Assembly: GCA_965649765.1 (NCBI GenBank)
Contig: OZ287751.1
Location: 63,736,001 to 63,800,000 of the forward strand
Direction: 5' to 3'
Length of the DNA stretch: 64,000 bases
Source: Bispira polyomma
Lineage: Eukaryota
Shown here: positions 25,690-36,894 of the stretch, piece after piece
How positions within the stretch are numbered: the stretch's first letter is position 1
Layout of the letters: each line of letters opens with the position of its first letter
Position numbers and translations under genes: made by a program
The notes under the pieces: generated by a model
The model's database searches: none
The model's input: the letters and a program-made list of their open reading frames with translations, nothing else
What the model was told of the DNA's origin: nothing

Positions 25690-26720
25690 GTGGCCCGGGC
25701 TGTGGCAGTGGAGGAGGCTGTGGTCTTGGTTGTTGCTGTCATGGCGGTGGCTTTTGATAAAAGTAGTGTCCCTGCTGTGGTGGTTGAGGAATGTAAGCTG
25801 GAGGTGCCATCTGGTAGTGGGTTAAAACCTGTTGCTGTGGCTCAAAAGCTGTTCATGGAGCTGTTGGAGCGGCTGCCCTTTCCTGGAGTGGGTTACTAGG
25901 TTGAAGGACTCCCTCTTGGGGTTACTTGGCCTCCTTTAGGATCCCTGTTTTTGTCTCTTTCATCCTCCCAATGGAATTGCTCAACTCAATGCTGAACCAA
26001 AAGGAGGATCCAAAGGCTGTTGAAGACTTTGGTGAGGCCACATTGAGGGACGACTCCATCTCGCCCTGATTTGTATCGGAGTGGAACAACACACCAGGAG
26101 ATTCATCAGGGCCGGCCTCCTGAGAAGCTGACGCAATAGGCTTGAAGCCGGCAGATTTGTTAAGCTGGCGTCTGATATGCGGCTTCAGGAAGTTGAAGTT
26201 GGTCTTTACCAAATGCTGTCGCTCAGTCAACTAGACAGCAGCTTGCCAAGACTTCGCCACACTCAGCTTGCTGAAGATAGTCCTCTGGGATTGGAACCAC
26301 TTAATCACCTCTGTGTAATCCAATCCCCTGGCCGTGCAGTACTCCTCCCACGGAATGTTATTCTTCTGAGTGTCTTTATACAGTGGATCGCGCTTTTTGT
26401 AGAGCCACTCATGGTCCTTCAGGAAGTCCACCACAGCCTCCTCCTGTTCATCAGTTAACAACCCAGTCCTCATCTTCCCCTTCTTCTGTTTGCGACCAAA
26501 GGCCGACGCCACCTCACTGTCCGGTGTATTATGTGTTTCCCGCATATCCTGGGTATCCTGGTTCAACTGAGAAAAAGTTCTGGGGTGTCACTGTCTATCA
26601 CGAACTGTTTTTAGAATAATCCCCTCATCATCTGTGTCTCTTCCTTCCAACTCTCTCTCCTCCTCCTCCTGTACTTTCTGTATCCTCCTCTTCTTTGGAG
26701 CTCTCCTTTTTCCTGGCAAA
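25690..26720 (-). pseudogene. Harbinger Myb/SANT (MADF-like) DNA-binding protein, disrupted
   Basis: LTDEQEEAVVDFLKDHEWLYKKRDPLYKDTQK..WEEY..KWFQSQRTIFSKL, then TERQHLVKTNFNFLKPHIRR. Basic KRRAPKKRR and an acidic stretch near 26720. Both ends approximate. Confidence 0.8.
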
Positions 26721-28311
26721 TTGCAATATTTAATAAACTAAGTCTCACTTTTTCTTAAAATAAAAAATAAAACCCTGTTATAATCATCTATAATAAAAAT
26801 TGCAAATCCATGTTTTCTCTCTGACAGCTGGGATGAATCTGCTTGCCACACACTATTTGCACCGGAGTTCTCGCTTTCACTCCCGAGTTATCCTTTGTTC
26901 TGCCAGACCTATCGTTAGTCTTACCAAGCTATCTTTAGAATCGGGGCTTCCTAAGAATCTATCGGCCGCTTCTCCCGTTATCTTTATAATCCGGAGCATA
27001 ATATCGACCTATCCTTATGACATTCAAAAGTTATCTTTGATAACTTGTAATGCCCCCAACCCATGGACGGGATGGATGGGACGATAAATAATTATCATAA
27101 AGGCAAAATTTACACCCGATTTAGATCCCAATAGAAAATATTGGTCATTTTGAGGTAAAGATAACTGGTTAGCAGCTTACGATTGACCCCGACCTATCAG
27201 CTGAAGGTCATCCAATCGCAGAGGTTTTCTAACATGTTAGTAAATTTGCACGAGTGACCAAGAATGTCCTGAGTGACCACGATAAGTCGGGACAACTCAC
27301 CGATTGTCCCAAATATTGTCCCCATTATATCCCGCTTGTATAATTGGGATGGTTTGGAGCTATGATCGGCATACTGGGACACCCCCTTAAAGCCCAAAAA
27401 ACGAATTTTAGCTGAATGTATATTAAAGTATGTATTCTTTAAGTAACACCCCACTAAGATGAACAGAGACCTTTTAAAAAATACAATAGTTCTTGAACTT
27501 ATTTGGTTAAGCCCCTGTCTCACTGTGGCAGAATAGATAGGCTATTACAGACCTTCTACTGCTGAGAACACTATCTGTAACTTCCTCTAAGTTTCCTTCC
27601 TGAACCCTCTACAGTCAGCTGTGCGAGGCGGAAGTTTTGGGTATGTTCCAAACTTTTGCCTTACTAAAGCGGAAAAAGGCGGTAAAATTTTTCTGCCCAT
27701 TTCCAAGTAGTACCAAATTACAACTGTAAGTCTGTCGTTCCTGTAATTGTGTGTGTCTGTCCGTTTTCTGACTATTTCTGCCCATTTCTGAGTATTTTCG
27801 TTTCACTACTGTAAGTCTTCCATGCCAGTATTCATCTTTTCCTGTCACAGTGAGACAGAGGGTTTTCGCTACTTGTGTCAATACTCGCCCACTGAGAATA
27901 AACTGATACACTTTAGATCGTCTTACTGCCAGAAAAACTGTATGCCACCTCAGGGGGTTTACTGTATTGATAGAGAAGAAAAGACTTTCCGCTCAATCCC
28001 TCTAATCACAGAGTAATAGCCCCATTCGCGTGGTGTATAGATACCTATCTTTGGAGTAACCTTTGTCCAGTTAAGTAGCAGAAGTAGTTCTTCGGGCACT
28101 CAGCCGTAAAAAAAGATAAGTACCAAAGTTAGCCGTGGGATTACAAGTGATTAGTAGGTAGTGCTTTCGATGTAGAGATATACACTTATTTTGACAAACC
28201 AGATAACAAGAGTATTATACAAATAAAGATCACACATGTATATTTACTTTATTGTGTTGATAATGTTATTCTGATTTTTTTTTGTTTTTTTTTTGTACAT
28301 GTTTGATTGTT

Positions 28312-28530
28312 CTTTTATCAGGCGCAGCCAGATGTAGTTTTCGTTCTAATAAACAGCGCCTTCATTAAAAAGGACACTGCTAGAAATAACAAGTTTGACC
28401 TTCATGGACTGGTTAAAATCAATTGACCGGTGCAAAACTGAGGGGGTGTCCGATTTGCCTGAGTATATAGTGGGCACTTTAGTGTATTTCACAGTGTGCC
28501 TGTGTCTTTTTTAAAAGACAACTCTTGTTG
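28312..28530 (-). mobile_element. Helentron-like AACAAGAG-family repeat
   Basis: GTGTCTTTTTTAAAAGACAACTCTTGTT at the right end; TTTTATCAGGCGCAGCC hairpin at the left end. Confidence 0.6.
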
Positions 28531-30044
28531 GAATTAATCTGATGGCGGATTGCTTCACCAAACAACAAATCACACTTGCAGGACAAGGGTCAGGGTCACA
28601 ATGACTTATCTGAATTCATTCTGGCTTGGTGACAGACAGGTATCTCTCGTGAATATCAAGATGTCGTAGAGCTACATATACTTGCAACAAGCCAGGAGAC
28701 TGGAGCTAATGCAAAATAACTTTCCCAATTTTTTTTTTTCAAAAAGCCAACTTCCATTACACCAGATTATCAAACTCTTGGTTAGGCCTTGGTCGTTTTC
28801 TCTCTAATAGTAATTGATGTATTTATTCATTTATACACGAAGGTATACAAATAATAATGTATATACAGTAATTATGCTCAAACAGGAAAAAAACAACACT
28901 CTGTTTAGGAAACTAAACAAGGAAGTCAGTAAATCAAAACACAATATGAAACTTTAAAAAGAAAAGAAAAAGGAACAGTCATTACATATCTACACAAATG
29001 AGCATTATATGTCAGCTCCTGAAAAATACTCTAATGAACACACCAATTCTGTGTAGGAGAACTGTCGAGAACCAAGAGATTCTTTAAAATTAATAGTCCT
29101 AGACAAAGGCGAGGACAATTATTTTAAAGAAACTTCTGATTCGAGGCAATTCTCTGACTTAAACTGCTGAAACATAAAGTGACAGTAACAAATTGTATTT
29201 TTAAGTATTGTTTAAAGTCCTTTCGAATTTCTAAATATACATACATCATAGATATAAATAAAGGTAAGGCGATACAATTTTATGTTAATATAATTTTAAA
29301 TCACAATTTTGATGAATAAATGTAATATATATTTAAAAGTTACTGAATATGATGTACCAATGTAAACTTGAACTGACTAATATATTAAACAAGGTCATTC
29401 ATTATTGTGGCACAGAAAGAGGACAGGACATTCTTTAAAAAGAAACATCTGTTTTAAACAATAGGTATCACACAAACAGGAGTTTGAGTATTAGTGAACT
29501 GTGAATATTTACTGTCCCTGATCCTTAATATTACCTACACATATAAGATCTGATGTACTGTAGATTTTATGAAGATACTGGTCATCATCTTACTTTAGAA
29601 CACACTCGGTGTGGGCATACACCCAGCTTCTATTGCAGTTCATAGTTTCAAATACCACATTCATACTATCACATGCACTAGAGCAGCTACGATTGATTGC
29701 TAAATTGTAAAATAAATTCTACACAATTTTTTTTGTCATATACCAAAAACTCCCTAAAAAGAACAGAACCCTTCCATTAATACTACCAAACTTCACTGAG
29801 ACTGCATCTCTTGAAGGACACATTGAGTTGGCTACCTCTGATGTCACACTGTGATCATATTACACTCTCTCCAGATTAAATATCACAGTTGTCGTTAGCA
29901 TGGTCTTTGTAACAAAACTATCAACTGTCACAGCAAATTCCTATCATTAAAAATAATAAAGGAGTCTCTTTTAAAAGCCATACTGTCATTTAGAAGCTAA
30001 AGCTTATTATCTGAAGTACAAAAAGGTATTTTATTATCAAGTTA

Positions 30045-30470
30045 AAACATCTGTGGAATATGCAGGTATATTAGTCTTGAAACTCCGGTCCAAGTGGCAA
30101 ACGTGATGGTGAGCAGTCCGCTAGACTATTGCAATTCGTTACTTTGGGGTATTATTAAGGTCAATATAACAAGGCTCCAAAGAATTCAAAATGCGGGAAA
30201 TGGCATCTCTGTTTCCTCAATCCAACCAAACAGAAAAATCGACAGGCACCCCACACACTGTCAGATTACAGAACAAAATCACTGGTTTCAACAGCCATCT
30301 GAAAATGTACCTTTTCAGACTGGCCCACCCCTCTCCTTAGCCGCTCTTCCCTTGGTAGATGCTTTCCAGTGACGACCTTTTGCTTCTGCCTGTACTTTCC
30401 CTTTTTGGATATCAGCACCTTAGAGTATGTTCTTATCGATTTAGCGCTCTATAAATGTTTTAATTATTAA
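30045..30470 (+). mobile_element. L2-clade LINE fragment, internally deleted
   Basis: VANVMVSSPLDYCNSLLWGI..RLQRIQNA; tail TTAGCGCTCTATAAATG. Confidence 0.8.
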
Positions 30471-30591
30471 TACTAAATTATGATATTTATCTACTAGCCT
30501 AATAATATATATACACTATAAGGATTATTGTGTAATGTGATTATATTTAGTTTTTTTTATTGGACTTTTGCTAAGTGTTTCAGTGCATTGC

Positions 30592-31123
30592 AGTCTGTAA
30601 GTGCTAAGGCCACCACACCTTAAAAAAATTCATGTTCTTTTAAAATTGTAGTAACATTTTTCAGAAAGATTTCAACAAGGGGTTTCACCTGAGAAACTTT
30701 GTATAGAAAGAGACTTAATTTAGGTCTGATTCACAGAATATGTAAAAGGTAAGCGACAAGCCTTTTTTTTAGTAATTAAACACTATTTTACAGTGTATAT
30801 TTTACAAGTTAATCAGACAAATTTAGAGTTTTATTTTGGTCCAAAGATTTTCTTTTTGTATTGTGTTGTACATTTTTAACGAGCCTTATTGATGCTAGAC
30901 ATCTTCTAAGGCTCAACATCAGAATCAATAAACTGGTAGAAAAAACAAAATAATAGCCAGGTTGTCAGGAAGGATACGGGAGCGTCCAGGGAACGGCTAC
31001 GGAGGATAGACGAGCATGAAGAGATAGGTTTTAAGCTTTCTCCTATATCCAGAAAGTCTATAAAGCAAACTAAGCTTCCTGTAAGCAATCTTAGCTTGGT
31101 TATAAGTTCTTCTGAACACCACA
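30592..31123 (+). repeat. 532-bp direct repeat, left copy; contains an L2 3' end on the minus strand (~30870-31065)
   Basis: Ungapped match to 36363-36894 (offset 5771); 12 substitutions by my count. Confidence 0.97.
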
Positions 31124-31322
31124 GTGACTACAACAGTCGTTTAAGTTGTGAGTGAAATTGAAAATGTTGTACTGGCCTAGGGTGACCTCTAAAGGTCATA
31201 GATATTGAGGGTGAGGAATCAGATGCTGTTTGGGATAATTTTTATTCTAACTACTCGTCTCTATATCCAACTGTACAAGAAAATTATTTTCGATTAACAA
31301 TTTTTAAAATGCCAAAGCCAAA

Positions 31323-32302
31323 TTAGAAAGTAGAAGAGACGAGGAATGCGAAAGTTGTTGGAATAATTGTGGAAGCATGAGAGGTAGATTGAAGGTGAGA
31401 CCAAACAGCATCTGATTTCCAGCATCCATGTTTTTGAAAATGCTGAAGTTTAACGTTAGCATTAAATGCCAAGGAGGCTCCCGAGCGCCTGAAGCAATGG
31501 AAAGAATGCCCTTCTTTTGGGATATTCAACTGGGTTAAGATAGAGCTAAGGGTATGCCTTAAAGTCGAGTCTGAAAGGCACTGGCCTTTATGTAGTGGGT
31601 TTGCCAGTAATGGGTAAGAAGGGGGCAGAGGATATTTGCTAAATAGAGAAGTGGCTGCCTTCACAGGACAGAGCCATGGGTTTGAGAGTGCTGGTAGTTG
31701 TAGGATGTCTGGGTTTTTCCTGGTTTGGTTAGTCTTACTCCATTTTAATATGAGGTGAATGCCTGGGGGGGCAAACAACACGTCAGCCCTTGTTAGGTGT
31801 CTGGTAGGGTCAAAGGGGAGACCTGATGTGGTGGTCAGGTTAGAAATGCGTAAAAAACCAAATTAAGCAAACAGGAAAGCTGTTCTGAATAAGTCAGGAA
31901 ATGGAAACTGGTTAGAAGCTTGTGAAATTTGTTGTAATTGGTGCAAATCGAATACCCCTTTGACCCGAGGTGTGTATTTCGAAGTGAGTTCTAATGACCT
32001 CAAATATAATGGCAATCTAGGGTCATAAAGACCGGTTTGCTGAATGTTAAGAATTTTTGTGTTGTGCCTAATGGAAGATAAGTAATTACTCAATACTTTG
32101 TAAGAGACACCTGTTTGTGTCATAAATTCTAAAAAGGCTATAATGCTGTTAAAGCAAAAGGTTTCCCTTAAATCAAAATAAACTGTAAAGCTCAAAAAGA
32201 GTCTGAACTGGCTGTCATATTGCCTTTGTGTCCTAGGTCTGTGACTTTGTCTCAGTCGTCTCAAAGCTCCTTTGATCAGTGAGGAGGCTGAGTCAGAAGT
32301 AT
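31323..32302 (-). pseudogene. E1 tyrosine recombinase
   Basis: FGFLRISN, KWSKT, HCFRRSGA, HGCWKSDAVWSHL. In-frame stop at 31863-31865. The catalytic Tyr position reads His (VWTYI in E2). No ATG near the 5' end. Confidence 0.92.
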
Positions 32303-32308
32303 CTGAAA

Positions 32309-34807
32309 TTACACATAAGTATCTAAGGTAAAAAATTCAATGGGTATGTCATGCATGATGAAGTTGTGTACAAGTTCCTGTTTTATTGTATTGTCATAAT
32401 GGTCTAATTCAAACCACCTAGATAGAGCGTCTGCTATTATGTTGTCCTTGCCAGGTATATGTCTGATAGTCAAGTCAATATTCCTTAGGGCACAGATCTG
32501 CCAGATGTTCCTTAAACACAAACCTAAATAGTCGTCCCTGGTTCTGGATGACTGTACGACAGACACCACAGCCATGTTATCCGATTGTATCTTGATCTTT
32601 TTATTACTCCATTTGTGACCCCATAATTTGAAAGCTATGAGAATACTGACCATTTTGAAATGGACAATGGAAAGTGTTTGTTTAAGGAAGCATGGTAGAG
32701 GGGCTTTGAAAACCTCTAAACCAGAAATGCCACCGATTCCGGATAAACAAGCATCGACTTATAGTAACACGTCATGTGAACTATCCAGGTATGTGTACTT
32801 AGTTGTACCATTGAATTGTCTGAGAAAAGTTAAAAACCATTGTAAATCCTTATGAAACTCGCTTGTCAAAAGTACTGTTTTACTACTAGTAGATTGCCTT
32901 AATAAAGTTAACATTCTGTTCATAAATATCCGAGAATTCTTCACGCAGAGCTGTATGTATAATAACTTTCCCAGTAGTGACTGGTACTTCTGTTTACGTA
33001 CTTTATGCAAGTATTTAAATTCCATACAGATGTCAAATATGGAGTCTAATTTAGTTTGTTCAATACTGAGTGTTTCGAGATCTATGTCAATAGTGATGCC
33101 CATGCAAGTTACACGTTTACTAGGGGGAACTAGTTTCTTGGTATTAATAGGGAGGCCTAGGTCTGCTACGATTTCTTGTAAAGTAGTGTAAGCTAAGTCA
33201 GCCTTATCTTCAGTCTCAACGAGTATGAAATCGTCGATATAGTTGTAAACTATATATCCTTTCTGTCTTATAATATAAGTAATACAATCAGAAATCATCA
33301 TAAAGGCCACCGTGCCATGAGTGAGTCCAAAAGTTAGACTGAGATCAATGAAATAATTATTTTTCCAAAGGTAACCTAACTTCAAACAATCAAAAGGATC
33401 AATTCTTAAATTTCTAAACGCGTGCGCGATGTCCACTTTCGCTAAGGTGGCCTTAGTTCCTAACTCAACAATACGGGTAGTGATTTGATCAATGGTAGGT
33501 AACCTTAAATTAAACTCGACGTTATCATATTTATTTTTAATTGTACAATCATTTACAGATTGTCCCAGGGGGTGAGAAAGGTTAAGAACTAAATGACGCT
33601 GATCAATATCTTTAGGTACCGTTAATAAAGGTGAGCAATGTATATCCGGGTGAAGTTTTTCTAAAATAGGGCCCACTATGGTGCCCTTAGCTACTTCTGT
33701 AACGAAATACTTGTCAATGGCTTGTGGAAACGCCATAGCCGAATAATGGTTTTTGACATTTATGACCTTCAATCTGTCCCTCTCATACAGAGATATAGGA
33801 AACCCGAATTCTATATACTGTAAAACAATTTGATCCGGATAATCGACTAAGTATTTCTTCCAATTGAGAACATTGAGATCACTTTTAATGGGGAAACGCG
33901 CTTGTCTGTAGTTTGGCACCTTAATGGTTTTAATAATATCAGCTACTTCCAAAAACTTATCATAAGAAGTCAAGTCTACCTGTTGTCTGTCTGGTCCTAT
34001 GAAGTTAAAATGGTTTCTCCCTTGAGGGATGAAGCCATAAGTTCTTTGGTCAGTAGGTAAAATGTCCTCATTCACAAATTCTTCCCTTGTGGGCGAGTGC
34101 TGTATGTCATTGGTTTGTAATACAACGTCCTGTGGAATATCGGTTACTATGTGTGTGTCCTCAGTTATTGTATGGTTCCGTGAAAGGAACTTGTCATTCA
34201 CCCAAGCGTTTATATGCTTGTTGTATGTTGTTTGTGTGGTTTGTTTACAAATGTTGTCAATGATGGTAATATAATAATCAGAAGAACTGATGTTTGTACG
34301 GGTATGAGTAACCTTCTTAGGTTTTGGTAAAGGTTGAACCTTGCTATATGAAACAGTGTTTCTAACTAGAACAGGTACAGATAATGTGTGAACAAAACTG
34401 ATGGGCCACATTTTTTCTAGAGAGAGATCATGTTTATGAAGTGACCATTGACCTTGAAAGAAAACCCAAGTGTATACACCTGAAACACTGGGGTCAGCAT
34501 TACAAACAATATAATACACTGGGCCTTTTAGGCCATCATAACTGTGACTACTGTACAAGTCAACCAAAAAAGAGGTTGCAATAAAATTACTACTGCCATG
34601 AACTTTTGCTGGACAAAACTTGTGACCAATAGGATATGAAGCTGAATTTCTACTACACGAGACGTTATTTTGTCCATCTGTCGTGAATACATCACAAGAA
34701 CAATCATTTAAGAACTGTCCATGCCTAAAGCTCATACTGTTCATAAAAATGTTCCTTTGGTTGACTAACTCAGAATTTTGCTTATTATACTCATGTCTTA
34801 AGTTCAT
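32309..34807 (-). pseudogene. E1 pol (reverse transcriptase + RNase H)
   Basis: LAKVDIAHAFRNL, LTFG, YNYIDDF, CMGITID, SLLGKL. Frameshift near 32760, then VDACLSGIGG, SDNMAVV, HIPGKDNIIADALSR. Confidence 0.93.
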
Positions 34808-34912
34808 GCTCTCACAATGCTCCTGCTCTGGAATCTCGACATCCGAGGAGGAATTCGAGGAAGTTGAATTTGAAGATGAGCCGTTCGAAATTAAGGCCTG
34901 GGAATAGGACAG

Positions 34913-35970
34913 TCAGTTCATTGTCCACCTAGTTTCGTCTACCCAGCTGAGGCGCCCCTCTTCCACATCGTGCATGTTACATGCATACGAACCTCTGGCT
35001 ACCTGCCAGGAGATATTAGAAGCATCTTTTAAAGTATCTGCTAACTGGATTAACATGGCGCGAGAAATAGTAGGGTTTCTCACTTCTAAGATGTTCTGCA
35101 ACTGACCTGCAGCAAATTGTGACACAGTGAGCTCATCATAAGAAACTCGTTTCTTATTAATCCCAGATAAACATGCTTCATTAGGCCAACGTTTGATTGG
35201 GTCGGTAACACACACTTCAGATACATTGTACCGACCAGACTTGCGTTTAGTACTGAGCTTACCTTGAAGCGATTCATCAGCAGCCAATGCCTCGTAACGG
35301 GCTAACCGTTGTGAAACCTCGTTCTGTATCATAGAGGACTGCTTTAATACATCTGGAGTAGGCAGGATTGCATCATGTAGCGACCTATGAGCTTGGTCCT
35401 GAGTGTAACCCTCCCGTTGAGCGTTGTAACGTGTCGGGTACGTGTCATGGGAAATGTGAGGACGAAAATCGTTGACTCCTGTGTAATTCACTGCAGGGTC
35501 CTGGAACTGAGAGAAGCTCTGGGTAAATGGTAAAGAAGAACCTATGTTCTGTGTAAAAGGTGCTGAAGCTTAGGTGGAGCTGGCATCTGAGGCCTAATTG
35601 TCTGAGGTGTTGACGGGACCTGAGGGGAAAATGAACGAGATGTCTTTAAGCCGGATACGTCTTCCTGTAACATAGCTACCGTGGAAACTAGTGTTTTTAT
35701 CATAGACTGCTGCTCTGTGAAAATGTCTTTGTAAAACTGACCAGAACTCACGTGATCTTCAAAAAAGTGACTCGAGTCGGCGACGGAGTTGAGCGTGCTA
35801 GTTTCACCTCCCGCTCCATGAACTTCAGTAGAAAAGACTCTGCTGGCTTCTGCTTCTGACAACTCATCTTCGATGACTAGACGACACCTATTACCCACTG
35901 GTCAAGGGTGTGAAAAATTACAGCGTGAACACAAAGCTACAGTCACTTGCTTTCTCTTTCCTCGGCCCAT
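34913..35970 (-). pseudogene. E1 gag-like ORF
   Basis: ATG at 35970: MGRGKRKQVTVALCSRCNFSHP*PVGNRC. Frameshift near 35570. WPNE..SYDELTVSQF..WQVARG..EEGRLSW is homologous to E2 gag. Confidence 0.85.
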
Positions 35971-36362
35971 AACGAGATATCCAATTCAAAAAGCACACTA
36001 TAAGATGGTAGACGTTAAAACTGACTAAAATCACTAAACGTAAACGTGAAACAATGTCTAAAAAGTATAAAATAAGCTTGTTTCCATTTGCACAATCACT
36101 TATTTCCAATATGGCGGCTCTATTTGCCAATTCCAATGTGATTTCAAAGTGTTGCTACATTAACTTGCAACTTAATAATGACCAAATGTGGGAAAAGGCG
36201 GGAAATTGACTTAAACCTAAGGAATTTGATTGGTAGTGAAGTAAGAGAGGTTCTGGTCTAGGATTGGTGTATCTGGGTAAACAATTCTTAAGTAGGTAAA
36301 TAATACAGTAAGGTATTACAACTTCGCGACTGACTAGCCATGCTTTGCGAGCAGTGACTACA

Positions 36363-36894
36363 AGTCTGTAAGTGCTAAGGCCACCACACCTTAAAAAAAT
36401 TCATGTTCTTTTAAAATTGTAGTAACATTTTTCAGAAAGATTTCAACAAGGGGTTTCACCTGAGAAACTTTGTATAGAAAGAGACTTAATTTAGGTCTGA
36501 TTCACAGAATATGTAAAAGGTAAGCGACAAGCATTTTTTTTAGTAATTAAACACTATTTTACAGTGTATATTTTACAAGTTAATCAGACAAATTTAGAGT
36601 TTTATTTTGGTCCAAAGATTTTCTTATTGTATTGTATTATACATTTTTAACGCGCCTTATTGATGCTAGACAACTTCTAAGGCGCAACATCAGAATCAAT
36701 AAACTGGTAGAAAAAACAAAATAATAGTCAGGTTGTCAGGAAGGATACGGGAGCGTCCAGGGAATGACTACGGAGGATAGACGAGCATGAAGAGATAGGT
36801 TTTAAGCTTTCTCCTATATCCAGAAAGTCTATAAAGCAAACTAAGTTTCCTGTAAGCAATCTTAGCTTGGTTATAAGTTTTTCTGAACACCACA
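36363..36894 (+). repeat. 532-bp direct repeat, right copy
   Basis: Matches 30592-31123 without gaps. Confidence 0.97.

Larger units (their letters stand above)
24027..27387. mobile_element. PIF/Harbinger DNA transposon, decayed, two convergent genes
   Basis: TIR AGGGGCTGTCCCACTATCAAGATC vs rc of right end AGGGGGTGTCCCAGTATGCCGATC (19/24). TAA TSD at 24024-24026 and 27388-27390. Contains a DDE transposase and a Myb/MADF gene. Confidence 0.92.
31122..36363 (-). mobile_element. E1: Ngaro-like tyrosine-recombinase retrotransposon (DIRS order), full length, inactivated
   Basis: Order gag, RT/RNaseH, YR, with no methyltransferase domain after RNaseH. Bounded by CAGTGACTACAA at 31122-31133 and 36352-36363. 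Confidence 0.92.

Noticed and set aside
30592-36894. Classical LTR retrotransposon with 532-bp LTRs
   Set aside because: No protease or DDE integrase, no recognisable PBS/PPT or outer TSD; it encodes a tyrosine recombinase, and the repeats contain a host L2 fragment.
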